The notes below the pieces were generated by a model. The model made no database searches. It worked only from the letters and a program-made list of their open reading frames with translations, and was not told where the DNA came from. Of a stretch of DNA of 64,000 nt, positions 48,026 through 59,402 are shown piece by piece (the stretch's first letter is position 1; every line of letters starts with the position of its first letter). The DNA is from a virus (taxonomy: Duplodnaviria > Caudoviricetes). A program made the position numbers and the translations under genes. Where the stretch lies: the IMG/VR virus record IMGVR_UViG_3300025600_000004, positions 1 to 64,000 of that record. The stretch is one strand, 5' to 3'.

Positions 48026-51000
48026 ATGTATCAACCAATGATGCCAATGTCACCCTTCAAAGTACAGCCAACGCATGACGGTGAAAACTACAGTGCATCC
48101 ATTGAATATACAGTTCTCTATGGCTACATCTGTGAGACTATGGATGTCTTCGTAATCCGAGGGAACAATGGTCGTCCAGAGAATCTTCAGAGCCACGAAG
48201 TTACGGTGGTGTTGCTATGAAAATACAGATAACCGATAGAGTCCTATGGTTGGACAAAGTGAACCTTGAACTCCAGGAAATCTATGACACCAGAGCCACA
48301 GAGAATGCAGAGATGGAGGCGTTACCCTGGTATCGCAGTATATTCATCGGAACCTTTGACTACCCAAGCATGTACAGGTTTAATGCTAAGTATGACCTAG
48401 AACGATTTAAGACAGCATTGGAATCCGAGGGCACTGGGAATATCTATGTAGGCGCAGATGTGCTGAGGTATTTGCTATGACAACTAGGAGACCCCGAACC
48501 CAATGCACCCATAAGAAACAATGTATATCCAAGCTGTGTGGTGACTGCAAAGAAGGCTTAGGCAGCAGTGATCACTTCACTGAGAAGCCCAAGAAACAGC
48601 CATTGACACCTTTGATATTCCATGCTCTCCCACAGGCACAAAGGCTCCAACAACTAGCATTGATATACATGGCACGATGTACTACCGATGGTTTTACGAA
48701 GGCTGGTCTGTTCAAACTCAGTAGATACTTTGCCACCATTGATCCTCAGCATGTGCAGTGTTTCTTTGACTACATCTATGGGATGTCAGAGAATGCCGAA
48801 GTTAATCTCTATGACATCTATGATAAGTCGAGGGCGTGGCAGTTGAATCTTAGGTTGACTGCGAATAAGCCGACTGCCGAGGTTGCACAGTATCCAAGCC
48901 TCTTAGATTGTCTCAATGGATTATAAGGAGGAATAACAATGATAATCAAAGCCCGCATCACGTTCATCAATGGTAAGACAATGGAAATACAAGATGAAGC
49001 CAAGAACTTCCGAAGCTTTGCCAGGACACTATGTAGGACGCAATGGAGGATCTTTGGAGACAAAGCATTCAACGCTGAGACTATATGTACTATTGAGGAG
49101 GTCACAGAATGACAATGTAAACCAAAGTACCCATCGTAGTAACAAGGAGGTCACAGTTATGATAAGTAAACTACTATGTAAATTCCTAGACCACAACTTC
49201 GAGTCCATCGGATTCTACAACTCATACTATTGTAGTCGATGTAAGTCATGGGTGAAGCTATGATCCGATGGCAAACACAGAAAGTCACTGCCATTCAAGG
49301 CAAGTACAGTATCACCATTGAACGCCAAAGTTGGGACGGTAGATACGTAGGAGCCATAGATATCTGGGATGATCACAAAGGATATCAACGATTCGGTGGA
49401 TTCAGCAGTATAACTATCGAGTCAGCACAGGCTGTAGCAAAGGAACTTGTGAGACTCATGGAGGTCACCGATGAAACATAGATGTTCAAAACTGCCACGC
49501 AATGTAAACGTAGAACACGACGCATCCTGGGGATGGCTATGGACTACAAAGGATACGATGGCTGCAGTGAATTATTGCCCGATCTGCGGAGTTGAACTAA
49601 GGAAAATCAAGGAGGTAAATCAATGAAACTCATAGCAATCAAAACTAAGGATTCGGTGTATATCTCAGATAACATTGACAACTCAGGCTACTACAGTTCA
49701 GCCCTCGGAAATCTATTGTTCGACGGTGTAAAACCTGAGACAACCTATAATAGAACATGGTTCAAGCTCCCTGGCATTCCTAAGACCATCCAAAAGTTAA
49801 ACAAGGGTGGCAGAGTAAACCGCAGATTCACATTGAAGGATGGGTTTCCTGAGACTGCGAAGACTCCTCAGTTAATCACATGGCAACAGTGGAATGCAGA
49901 GGATGATGATGGTGACTATACGCTATTCACTGATGTCCGAGGGTTGTACGAAGAGCAGTACGAGATGTCTGAGGATGAACTGGTTGACGTAGAATTCTCA
50001 CTGAACATCATTGAAGAACTCGAAGAATTTACTATGACCGCAACGAAATATGTGATGACCTACAATTTCATAGATATGCTCAATACAAATCCTGTGTTAT
50101 TGCCATTGAAGCCATGTAGTCTCGATGCTCAACAAAGTTATAACATTATCAGAGCCTATGTTAAAACTCACATTGACCCAAGGTGGGCAAAGATTACCAG
50201 TGATTATGACTTCTGCTTTACTGTGAAGAAAGTCATAGCACTCACTGAGGCCGAGGAATATGCAGTGGATATCAATAATTTAGGATTTGGTAAAAAGAGG
50301 AAGCCCAAGTATGAAACTAGGTATCGTAAAACCAGGGAAACCGAGGTATACGAAGTTGCTCCTAAGTCATATCAAAGCTATTCCATAGTTCAACCCTTCG
50401 CTGGCAAGGATTACGAAGCATTGCAAAGTAACATCCAAGCATTCCTAGAAGACCTTATGAAAACCATCAATGCTCCTTTGATTGACTGCCCACATTGCAA
50501 TGGATCAGGGATTGTACAATGCTAACCATGGGACACAACCTACGGCACTCCCTAGACTTACTACGAGCTCTCATGGCAGTTCATAGAGAACATGATACCT
50601 ATGAGAACAGAGAAGTGCTGAGGCTGGCACGAGAAGAATTCGAGGAATTGAACGATGTGTTTCTTAGGATTACTGGGGAACGGAGTCCATGGAGAACGGA
50701 GGATAAACGATGATCACAATGTTAAGACCGCTGCAAATCGTAGTTAACAATGAATCCTGCGGAACATACGTGACTCCATGCAAGAAATACAATGTAGTAG
50801 CTATGGACTACAATGAGGACAACGATCTGCGCTTTGTTATCATTGATGATACCTGTGAATTGCTATGGGTAAGCAGAGGAAATTTCAGAGTATACGAGGA
50901 GGTAAGCTATGATAATCAATGACACCTATGAAATCCTAGTAGACGAACGGAACTTTGTACTCAAGAAGTACATCGAACCCGTGGAGAAGTTCAAGAAGGT

Positions 51001-51362
51001 CGAAGGTATACGTGAGTCCCAAGGGATGTCGAAGGGCTCCTGGGAGACGCAAGGGTACTACCCATCGTTAGCTGCGTGTCTCCGAGGGTATGTCAATGTG
51101 GAAACCCGCAGTGTGCCTATGGAGGTCAGTAAATTACTATGGAAACTCGATGCAATCTATGTTGCCATTGATAGGCTGGAGGTGTCCGATGCATCATAGT
51201 TGCGGTGAGATGCCTGGGGATTACTCTGTGAAAACTTGGCGACACGGGAACATAGAATACTGGGCAGTCTGGGAGTTACATAGTATTTTCAAGGAGTTCA
51301 AAGGAATCATAGCTAACAATGTATGCCCATGGTGCGAGGAGAAATTGGAGGTGGAACAATGA
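48026..51362 (+). other. array of small early hypothetical genes including a 300-aa ORF (49623-50525)
   Basis: Tightly packed ORFs with GGAGG RBSs and ATGA overlaps; no confident family. Confidence 0.65.
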
Positions 51363-52237
51363 TTAACATAGCTGAGCTCAGTGGTAGACCAAAGGACAAG
51401 CTAGTACAAAAGGTGCTCGATGTAGGCAAGGCAAATTCTAAGAAGCTGAAGTTCCCAATGCTATTCTCAGAGAAGGTCGATGGAGTATACTGCCTTGCGA
51501 TGAGAGACGATGACTTCATTAATATCTATAGTCGCACTGGTGAGCAATATACATCTATGAAACACATTGAGTCAATGCTGGGCGATGTAATGGACGATGA
51601 TGACATTGTAATCTTTGAAGCCTATGAAATCGGCAAAGAACAGTCAGTCATCAGTGGGCATTGCAGGGACACCAAGAATCAATTCCCAGACATCATCGCA
51701 AGGTGTCATCAGTACCTCACTGTATCAGAGTTTGTCAATGGTGGCACTACGACTGCCCAGGAATCCTATGAAGCCCTACTGGATATGATGGCAGACACAG
51801 ACATCTCAGTTATTCCGCAGAAGCTGGTGCATTCATTGGAAGAAGCAATGGAGTTAACTAAGGAAATCTGGGCAGGTGGTGGAGAAGGTAGTGTCCTCGT
51901 GAGTCCTCATGGAGTATTCTGTGGTGGCAAGAAGAATGCAGAGAAGGTACGGATTAAACAGAGTGTCACCTATGATCTCGAAGTAGTCGGAGTACTCATT
52001 GGCAAGAAAGGGAAGTACGAAGCCACCCTTGGGAAGCTGGTGGTTCGATGGAAGGATGGGAAGACCTTGCCAGTCTCAGGAATGACAGATGATCAGAGAC
52101 ATCTATGGTGGAATGATCCGTCGATTATCATAGGCTCCATCATTGAGGTTAAGGCAATGACAGATAGTAGCAAGGGATCACTAAGAGAGGCTAGGTTTAA
52201 GTCAGTGAGATTCGACAAGGTTACTGCGGATTATTAA
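51359..52237 (+). CDS. lig: ATP-dependent DNA ligase
   Basis: SEKVDG (adenylated Lys), IFEAY, GGEG, G.KGKY..LG.L, SLRE.RF..VR.DK. Confidence 0.88.
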   Translation: MINIAELSGRPKDKLVQKVLDVGKANSKKLKFPMLFSEKVDGVYCLAMRDDDFINIYSRTGEQYTSMKHIESMLGDVMDDDDIVIFEAYEIGKEQSVISGHCRDTKNQFPDIIARCHQYLTVSEFVNGGTTTAQESYEALLDMMADTDISVIPQKLVHSLEEAMELTKEIWAGGGEGSVLVSPHGVFCGGKKNAEKVRIKQSVTYDLEVVGVLIGKKGKYEATLGKLVVRWKDGKTLPVSGMTDDQRHLWWNDPSIIIGSIIEVKAMTDSSKGSLREARFKSVRFDKVTADY

Positions 52238-52408
52238 GGAGGCGATGAATAATGGCAGTGTATATTCAATGTGATTACACGGGAGAATGTCGGAAGTACA
52301 AAGTTGACTGCGGTGATTGCTCAAGGAATCATTTGGCAGACGAAGATGAGGATTGGGAATTAGAGGATTGTTTTGACGACTATGAATAACTAAAGGAGGC
52401 GATGAATA

Positions 52409-52804
52409 CTGAGAAATCTACTGATGACGTTAGTGCTGGTTGCTCTGATGTCACCAGTGAGTGGGCAAGGGTTGAGCAGTGAGGTCTTTGATAAGGCTAT
52501 GGAGGAGCTTAGGCAGCCAAAGTACACCGAAGTAACCATGGAAGTCTCGTACTACACTGCTGACGATGATAGCATGGACGGTCTAGGAATTACTGCGAGT
52601 GGAACAGTGGCGGTCGAGGGACGCACCGTGGCGATGGGAGCAGAGTATCCATTGGGTACAGTGATATGGATGGATGGTCATAGATATGTCTGTGAGGATC
52701 GCGGTGGGTACATTGTAGGCGATAGAGTCGATGTGTATGTTGAGGATACTGAGACGGCATTGGAGCGAGGGAGATCAATGAAGACGGTGAGAGTGGAGGA
52801 ATAG
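52409..52804 (+). CDS. secreted 3D (Asp-Asp-Asp) domain protein
   Basis: Signal peptide; YT...GITASG, VA..PLGT, EDRGG.I.G.RVDVY. CTG start inferred; ORF track uses ATG 52424. Confidence 0.85.
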   Translation: MRNLLMTLVLVALMSPVSGQGLSSEVFDKAMEELRQPKYTEVTMEVSYYTADDDSMDGLGITASGTVAVEGRTVAMGAEYPLGTVIWMDGHRYVCEDRGGYIVGDRVDVYVEDTETALERGRSMKTVRVEE

Positions 52805-53013
52805 TGATGAGTAAACTTAGTGAAATCAAGGTGGCAGTGAGTCCATTGAGCAACACAATATTCGCAGGATATGTCAAGGGTGACCGATGGACTTCTAAGG
52901 TAGACGTGACAGACCAGGTTATCAAGGCAGTCATGGAACATCTCAGTGTGGCTCAGTGCGATTACGAAGGTAAACTCGGAGTATTGACATTGAAGCTAAT
53001 TATCCGTGAATAA
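52804..53013 (+). CDS. hypothetical protein
   Basis: SPLSNTIFAG...K.DVT..VI.AV..H. Confidence 0.6.
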   Translation: MMSKLSEIKVAVSPLSNTIFAGYVKGDRWTSKVDVTDQVIKAVMEHLSVAQCDYEGKLGVLTLKLIIRE

Positions 53014-53104
53014 CACAGCGCGATACAGAGGTTTTACCTAGGTAGGACTATGGATTGCTTTGGTGGAGTGGTGGAGTATGTGTCAGCGGAGTGCTAGGGT
53101 GGTA

Positions 53105-53136
53105 TTTCTATGCCTAGATTGTTTCCTAGAGTTTCC
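53105..53136 (+). repeat. repeat A copy 11
   Basis: TTTCTATGCCTAGATTGTTTCCTAGAGTTTCC. Confidence 0.88.
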
Positions 53137-53170
53137 TGGGAGTACGAAGAATGCGAAGGAGTGGTGTAGT

Positions 53171-53827
53171 ATGGCAAAAGGTGATTCGTGCGAAGTCTGC
53201 GGAAAATCAGAAGGTAAAGTGTTTGATAGCAAAGTATTTGGAATGAAATTGTGTCAGAAACACTATAGCCAAAAACAGACACATGGCAAAACACTAAGCA
53301 GAACCTCGGCTGATCCAAACGAAATCGTAATTTACAAAGACTATGCTGAGGTTATAATGTACAACAAAAAATGTGAAGAATCAGCAAGAGCCAAGATCGA
53401 CCTGGAAGATATAGATAAAGTAAAGAAATATAAATGGAATCTTGGAAGCGATAAGTACGCAGTATCAAAAACAGATGACCAAAGAAGAGTGGCGATGCAT
53501 CGGTATCTTATGGATTGCCCAGACGACATGGTTACAGACCATAAATTTGGTGATCGTCTCGATAATCGCAAAGAACATCTGAGAAACTGCACGTTCAATG
53601 AAAATCTATTAAATCAAAAGAGAGGGTCAAGGAATACATCAGGTTGCAAAGGTGTTAGCTGGGAACAAAATAAGAGGCACAAGAATGGAGTTTGGTTAGC
53701 GAGGATAACTGTGAAGGGTAAGTATTATTTCCTTGGGTACTTTAAAAACTTCGATGACGCTGTAAGAGCAAGAAAAGCTGCTGAGACAAAATATCAGGGC
53801 GAGTTCGCATATAAGGAGGTGATTTAG
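53171..53827 (+). CDS. HNH-AP2 homing endonuclease
   Basis: MHRYLM..P..MVTDH..GDRLDNRK..LR, N.SG.KGV, AP2-like W.ARI.......LG.F..FDDAV.AR..AE. Confidence 0.88.
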   Translation: MAKGDSCEVCGKSEGKVFDSKVFGMKLCQKHYSQKQTHGKTLSRTSADPNEIVIYKDYAEVIMYNKKCEESARAKIDLEDIDKVKKYKWNLGSDKYAVSKTDDQRRVAMHRYLMDCPDDMVTDHKFGDRLDNRKEHLRNCTFNENLLNQKRGSRNTSGCKGVSWEQNKRHKNGVWLARITVKGKYYFLGYFKNFDDAVRARKAAETKYQGEFAYKEVI

Positions 53828-55870
53828 ATGGCAAGTATTATAGAAGCCTTAGAGCATAAGATTGACATTGTAGATTTAATCTCGGAGAGCGTGGAACTTC
53901 GTCAGTCATCCAGAGGGTACACAGGAAAGTGCTGCTTACACGATGGAAATGGAGAAGCGAGCCTTTGGGTCACAGGGGATAATCAACGATTCCATTGCTT
54001 TAGCTGCCATGAGTCAGGCAATGCAATATCCTGGTACGCAAAGCTAAACAACCTGCAATTCTATGAAGCCATTAATAAACTCTGCGAATTAAACAATATT
54101 GATCTCGGTAATAACCAAGCATACCAGGAAGAACGCAATTTAGTCCAAGGATTCACAGTGCAGGCTGCGAAATTACACGAGAATTCGTCGCGCATCAGAG
54201 ATTACATTGTGAATACGAGGAAGTTAACAGATGAATCCATAGCACTTCATCGCATTGGCTTTGATGAATACAAGAATGCCATATCGATACCTTTGATTGA
54301 TATCTACGGACGCACAATAGCAATGGCCTTCAGAAACATGGATGAATCCGCGAAGATGAAGTATGTCAATAGCAAGAACAATGATCTCTATGATAAATCT
54401 AACTATCTATATAACCTTGTGAATGCTAGGAAGCTCATAAAGAAAACTGGGAGACTTTGGATGGCAGAGGGTTACTTCTGTGCCATATCAGGGCAAGAGC
54501 AAGGTGAAGCCGTCGTAAGCTATAACAGTGCATCGATAAACAAGGGGCATATCTTGGAGGTAAAGAACTCACTAAGAGACCTCAAGAACATTGAAGTCAT
54601 TCTTGCTGCGGATGCCGATGAGCCAGGGCAGTCAAAGATTCAGAAGATGGCAGAAAAGTTCCGCAAGTATTTCCCTAAGTGTAACCTCAGAGTAGCTGTG
54701 CACCCAGAGGGCAAAAAGGATCTCAATGATTCCCATGTTGCAGGGTTGAAAATTGCTGATATTGAAACTGTAGCTGTCGATATGTTCGTACTGAAGCAAT
54801 TATTGTCCAAGTGCAAATCAATGGAAGAAAAATATACCACAGTGCAAGACTTTGCTCCAACTGTACCGAATCCACTGGTACTCGCTGACATCGCAGATTA
54901 CCTCGTGACTGCATTGAACAAACCCTTAGAGAAAATCGAAGCAATGCTCAGTATCAAGGTTAATTCCAAGGATGAAAAACTGAGGAAACTCGCCAGCTTC
55001 GACGAATCATACAGTGAGCTCCGAGAAAGCGTCTTGGGTGAGCAGAAAGGTCTAGGGTTCCCTCAGTTAGACTACGCTATGAATGGGACTAAGCCGAAGG
55101 AATGCCTGGTTCTCGCGGGCTATACTGGATCAGGGAAATCCACGATAGCATTGAAGATCATCGCTAATCGCATCGTAAGATACAATGAAAACGTGGCATA
55201 TTTCAGCCTCGAAATGTCTAAGGGCATGGTGATCCAAGGTGTTATCATGGAAGTCCTAGAGGTGAACCAGTATGAACTTGAGAAACTGATAAGAACCGAT
55301 GCTGGCATTGAAATATACGCGAAGGTCAAAGCGATCGTAGATAAGAGACTTCGCATTGTCGATGATCCCACGATAACAGTGCCAGAAATCAAGGAATACA
55401 TTGACCTATGTAACTCTGACATCTTTGATGAACCAGTGAATACCTTCTGTCTAGACCACTTCCATTTATTGGATGGAGCAGAGGATAATGCCATCGCAGT
55501 AACATTGGCAAACGATATAGGCAAGGTTATCAAAGAATGCAATGTCAACGCAGTGATACTCGCCCAATTCAATGAGTCATCGCAAAGCAATGTAAAAATG
55601 GGTAAATTCACTGAAGCAACGCTTGGGGATGTCAAGGGCTCCAATGCTCTCAAAGCCATCGCCCATACAATCCTGTTAGTCTGGAGGCTTCTGTACTGCC
55701 ACCCTGAGAAATCCAAGATTGAACAAGATGACTTCCAGTACATCACAAGGATTAAACTTGGCAAACACCGCAGGGGAGTCCGTGGAGGCTGCAGCTTATA
55801 CTATGACCTCCAGTACAACCCCACCACCACGAAGATGACTGAGAATAAAACATTGTACCAAATCTCCTAA
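53828..55870 (+). CDS. primase-helicase fusion (zf-CHC2 + TOPRIM + DnaB-like)
   Basis: C.LH.....FHCFSC, AEGY, ADADEPG, Walker A GYTGSGKS, LDH, AQFN, K.RRG. Confidence 0.9.
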   Translation: MASIIEALEHKIDIVDLISESVELRQSSRGYTGKCCLHDGNGEASLWVTGDNQRFHCFSCHESGNAISWYAKLNNLQFYEAINKLCELNNIDLGNNQAYQEERNLVQGFTVQAAKLHENSSRIRDYIVNTRKLTDESIALHRIGFDEYKNAISIPLIDIYGRTIAMAFRNMDESAKMKYVNSKNNDLYDKSNYLYNLVNARKLIKKTGRLWMAEGYFCAISGQEQGEAVVSYNSASINKGHILEVKNSLRDLKNIEVILAADADEPGQSKIQKMAEKFRKYFPKCNLRVAVHPEGKKDLNDSHVAGLKIADIETVAVDMFVLKQLLSKCKSMEEKYTTVQDFAPTVPNPLVLADIADYLVTALNKPLEKIEAMLSIKVNSKDEKLRKLASFDESYSELRESVLGEQKGLGFPQLDYAMNGTKPKECLVLAGYTGSGKSTIALKIIANRIVRYNENVAYFSLEMSKGMVIQGVIMEVLEVNQYELEKLIRTDAGIEIYAKVKAIVDKRLRIVDDPTITVPEIKEYIDLCNSDIFDEPVNTFCLDHFHLLDGAEDNAIAVTLANDIGKVIKECNVNAVILAQFNESSQSNVKMGKFTEATLGDVKGSNALKAIAHTILLVWRLLYCHPEKSKIEQDDFQYITRIKLGKHRRGVRGGCSLYYDLQYNPTTTKMTENKTLYQIS

Positions 55871-55978
55871 GAAACACATTGACACAACGCCCAACCTATG
55901 ATATCATTAGTACATACCCCAGTCACCAAAGAAACATTGAAGAAACTTGTTGACAAGCAATGGATAACGTGGTAAACT
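55871..55978 (+). promoter_or_regulatory. tandem early sigmaA promoters
   Basis: GAAACACA-TTGACA (55879)-17-TATCAT; GAAACTTG-TTGACA (55950)-17-TAAACT. Confidence 0.75.
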
Positions 55979-56001
55979 AAGGAAGTCAAGGAGGTAGAAC
56001 A

Positions 56002-57712
56002 ATGACAACAGAGAAAATCAAAGAAGCCATAATACTCCTAGCGTCTAAGTTTGACCAAAGGACTCAGACAGACATTGAACAAATCCTATGTGACCATGGA
56101 TGCGTAGATCAACAAGAAAGGTGCGAGGAATTCTGTGTATGTCGTAGTTGCCTAAAGAGCATCGAAGTTTCGGAGTATCGCCAAAGATTATCTATGAATA
56201 TACCAGGAATCCTGTATTTAGCCGATGGAACCAAGGAATACCGATGCAGACCAGTGTAAAGGCAGGTGAACAACAATGACGGTCAAAGAATTAATCAGAG
56301 AATTACAAAGTATGCCACAGGATGCCAAGGTAGTTACTGAGACTAACATAACATACCGAGTCAGCTTAGACTCCGAAGAAAACTTAGTGCTCATAGCGTA
56401 AGGAGGTAACCCAATGAATAGTGAGTGTTCCACACGAACTGTGCAACATCCAAAGCATATCCAAGCAGCCCTAGAAGAACTAAGCGAATACATGGAAATA
56501 AACTATGATAATATTACTGTATTTGATGCAGTCAGGGACAGTCGTATGCTCGAAGCTGCCCAAGCCGAACTCGCAGAATTACTCAGTATTCATAGTTTAG
56601 TCAAGGGATTCATCGAGGACAATGGAATCAAGTGTCGTGGCAATATCAATAGATGCGAAGTTGACGAAGTACTCAGTGCATTCAAGGATATCTGCGACAT
56701 CGTTGGGTACAAGGTTTAACTATGCCCACTTTGTTTCTCGAAGTTTCCAAGAAGAATACGAAGGAGCGATGAAGATGCTAATAGAGGTAACTGAGAATGA
56801 ATTAAAGACAATAAAGAATGCATTGTGTAATAACATTAATTCGCTTAAAGAGACCAATCATAATCTACGGGAAGATTTTGAATATGAGGCGTACAAATAC
56901 ATCGTTGTCGATGAATATAGGAGAAAAATACTAGGCAACAAAGATAAGATAGCAACAATACAAAAGTTACTAGATAACCTAAAGCCAGTCGAGATATCTA
57001 AGCCTAAACGTGGTGGCGATAGCTGTGATTACTATAATCCATCAAGGCATGACTTGGAGGAGATTTTGCACGATGGCAGTGATCGTTGGGCATCCAATGA
57101 TTTCCAAAGAGCTTGGTCAGGGTATCCTACGGGTCGAAGATTTTAACAAAGGAGCGATGAATACAATGGACATCACAGGAACCAAAGTTGAAGTAACGTG
57201 TACTATGAATGTCAGCGACGAGCATTGGGACAACATTTGGAAGACTAAGGAGCCCAGTGTTGCCGAAGAATCTAAGGAGGTAAACAATGAACATCAATGA
57301 TACATACTTAGTAGTAGACACTGAATCCAAGGAAGTCTTCGGACACTATGACACTCCAGGAAAAGCGAAGGGTCAGGTGAAACGCAAGGGTGCGAGGTAC
57401 GCTGTGTACGTGGTGACTGCGGTGGAGCCATTGGTGAAACCTAAGAAGGTCATTGAAGACCTCACGGGAGTGTCGTACCTTGACAACTTAGAAGAGTGCA
57501 AGGAATACATGAGAGAAGGCATGGTTGAAACTGCGAAGGACGAGGCTGGCTTTGCTTGCTGCGGAGACAGTGAAGTCACTGATATCTTCAAGTATCAAGG
57601 GAAATTCTATGAGATTACTGTGGAGATCGAATGGGATCGCAGAGATAAGCAGTTTTACTTTGTATATTCCAGTGAAGTTCGTAGCTGCAAGGAGGTCGAT
57701 GAACCTGAGTGA
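56002..57712 (+). other. small hypothetical genes (56002-56259, 56414-56719, 56769-57146, 57287-57712 and others)
   Basis: RBSs and overlaps; no motif recognised. Confidence 0.6.
56717..56748 (+). repeat. repeat A copy 12 (starts on stop codon)
   Basis: TAACTATGCCCACTTTGTTTCTCGAAGTTTCC. Confidence 0.95.
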
Positions 57713-58523
57713 TACTTTGCAAATCCTAATAGACGCAGACATCCAATGTTTTCTCGCAGCTTGCATAGGCGAAACCAAGACCGACTGGGGGCCGTACACA
57801 GATGAGCAAGGCATTCTCCATGAAACCAACATAGTAATAGCCTATGATCTTCCGAAGGCACTGTCAGTCTTCGAAGCCAAGGTGTCCAATGTTATCCAAG
57901 CAGTCAGAGAATACATGGGAGTAGACATGGAATACAAAGTAACTATGTGCTTGACTCATAGGAATAACTTCAGAAAGACATTGATGCCAAGTTACAAAGC
58001 AAACCGCACAGCCCCGAAGCCGAAGTTGCTCCCAGATATCAGGGCTCACTGTGAAGCGAAATATGACTGCGAGTGCTGGGAGAACTTGGAGGCCGATGAT
58101 ACATTGTCTATTTTAGGCACTACTTTGGACAACAGTGTAGTGTGCAGTATAGACAAAGATATGCTGACTATCCGCGACACCATCGTTTACAACTGGAACA
58201 AAGATAACTTTGTACACACTGACCCACAGTCTGCACAGTATCACCACTATTACCAGACACTCAAAGGCGACTCCTGTGACGGCTTCGGGGGAGCAAAGGG
58301 CATCGGTGATAAACGAGCCAGAGCCATCTTAGAAACCGATGATTCATGGGAAGCTGTGGAGTCCACGTTTATATCCAAAGGACAGACCAAAGAAGATGCA
58401 TTGTTGATGGCAAGGATGGCAAAGTTGCTAACACCAGACCTTTATGATAGAGCCATGGGTACAGTGACATACTGGAATCCACCTGGCACTCCTATGCCCA
58501 CCATGTTGCCCGAAGTTTCCTGA
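57699..58523 (+). CDS. 5'-3' exonuclease / RNase H, T7 gp6-like
   Basis: LIDAD, NFRK.L.P.YKANR, LEADD, CSIDKD, GD.CDG..G.KGIG.K. Confidence 0.88.
   Translation: MNLSDTLQILIDADIQCFLAACIGETKTDWGPYTDEQGILHETNIVIAYDLPKALSVFEAKVSNVIQAVREYMGVDMEYKVTMCLTHRNNFRKTLMPSYKANRTAPKPKLLPDIRAHCEAKYDCECWENLEADDTLSILGTTLDNSVVCSIDKDMLTIRDTIVYNWNKDNFVHTDPQSAQYHHYYQTLKGDSCDGFGGAKGIGDKRARAILETDDSWEAVESTFISKGQTKEDALLMARMAKLLTPDLYDRAMGTVTYWNPPGTPMPTMLPEVS
58489..58520 (+). repeat. repeat A copy 13 (last codons of exonuclease)
   Basis: CTCCTATGCCCACCATGTTGCCCGAAGTTTCC. Confidence 0.92.
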
Positions 58524-58559
58524 GACTACCTTCGTAAACTCAGTTAAATACGAGGAGGA

Positions 58560-59402
58560 ATGACAATGAATTTCAAAGAAGGACAACGTCTAATCGCAGT
58601 AGCCAATGGTGTAGACTTTGGTAAACCCAACGCATCCTACAGTTGGACTGAGCAAATCCATGACTACGCAGTGGGTTGGAAGGGAACCATGGGAGATAAC
58701 AATGTAATAACCTTTGATAACGGCAGAGCCATCCGAGGGTGTGACCATCGTAGCTTCGATGAATTAAAGGAGGAAACAAAGATGATCAAAGGCGACAAGG
58801 TTAAAGTCAGTGGATGCACAGGATGTAAAGAAAAGTTCAATGGTAAAACTGGGGAATACATAGAGAAGGTTGAAGACCTTTCCTTGGCACACCATAGAAT
58901 CTGCTTCGATGACACGGGGAAATCCTGCGGTTATATCTTTACAGACAATGAATTGACGGTGGTTCCAAAGGCTACAGTGCTTGGCGTGGGCTCCAAGGTC
59001 ACCTGCGTAGACGGTAGTTATTCGATGGAATTCACTGATGGAACACTGAAGGATACAGGGGATATGCGAGAACATATCTATGAAATCACAGAGATGGGAC
59101 TACGACTCCCTGCGAGTATACTGTTCTCTCCTCAGACCAACGACACCATCATACGCAGAATCAGTGATGGTAAAGTGTTCTTTGTGCAGCAACGGTTTCT
59201 TAAGGAGTTCGTGGCAGTTCCTAAGTTCAAACGAGGAGACTGGGTACAGTATGACAATGGATATTACAAAGTAGTGTCTAGTAAAACTAAGGACAGCGAA
59301 GTATCCTATAAGGTAACACAGATTCCCCAGGTATACGATGAGAATGATGGGAAATTCGGAGTTACAGCCAAAGAATCGGAGTTGTCAGAGGTGGCACAAT
59401 GA
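58560..59402 (+). CDS. multi-module SH3/KOW-like protein 1
   Basis: Four ~55-85-aa modules, e.g. KGDKVKV..GKTG..I and KFKRGDWV..ESEL. Confidence 0.55.
   Translation: MTMNFKEGQRLIAVANGVDFGKPNASYSWTEQIHDYAVGWKGTMGDNNVITFDNGRAIRGCDHRSFDELKEETKMIKGDKVKVSGCTGCKEKFNGKTGEYIEKVEDLSLAHHRICFDDTGKSCGYIFTDNELTVVPKATVLGVGSKVTCVDGSYSMEFTDGTLKDTGDMREHIYEITEMGLRLPASILFSPQTNDTIIRRISDGKVFFVQQRFLKEFVAVPKFKRGDWVQYDNGYYKVVSSKTKDSEVSYKVTQIPQVYDENDGKFGVTAKESELSEVAQ

Noticed and set aside
54460-54490. Primase TOPRIM reads EGYFC rather than EGYFD
   Set aside because: The catalytic Glu and DxD are intact; significance is unclear without homologues.
8063-55764. Many minus-strand ORFs of 60-214 aa overlapping long plus-strand genes (e.g. 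5160-5618, 19869-20303, 25449-26000, 55120-55764)
   Set aside because: Shadow ORFs: no RBS, no motifs, fully antisense to well-supported genes.
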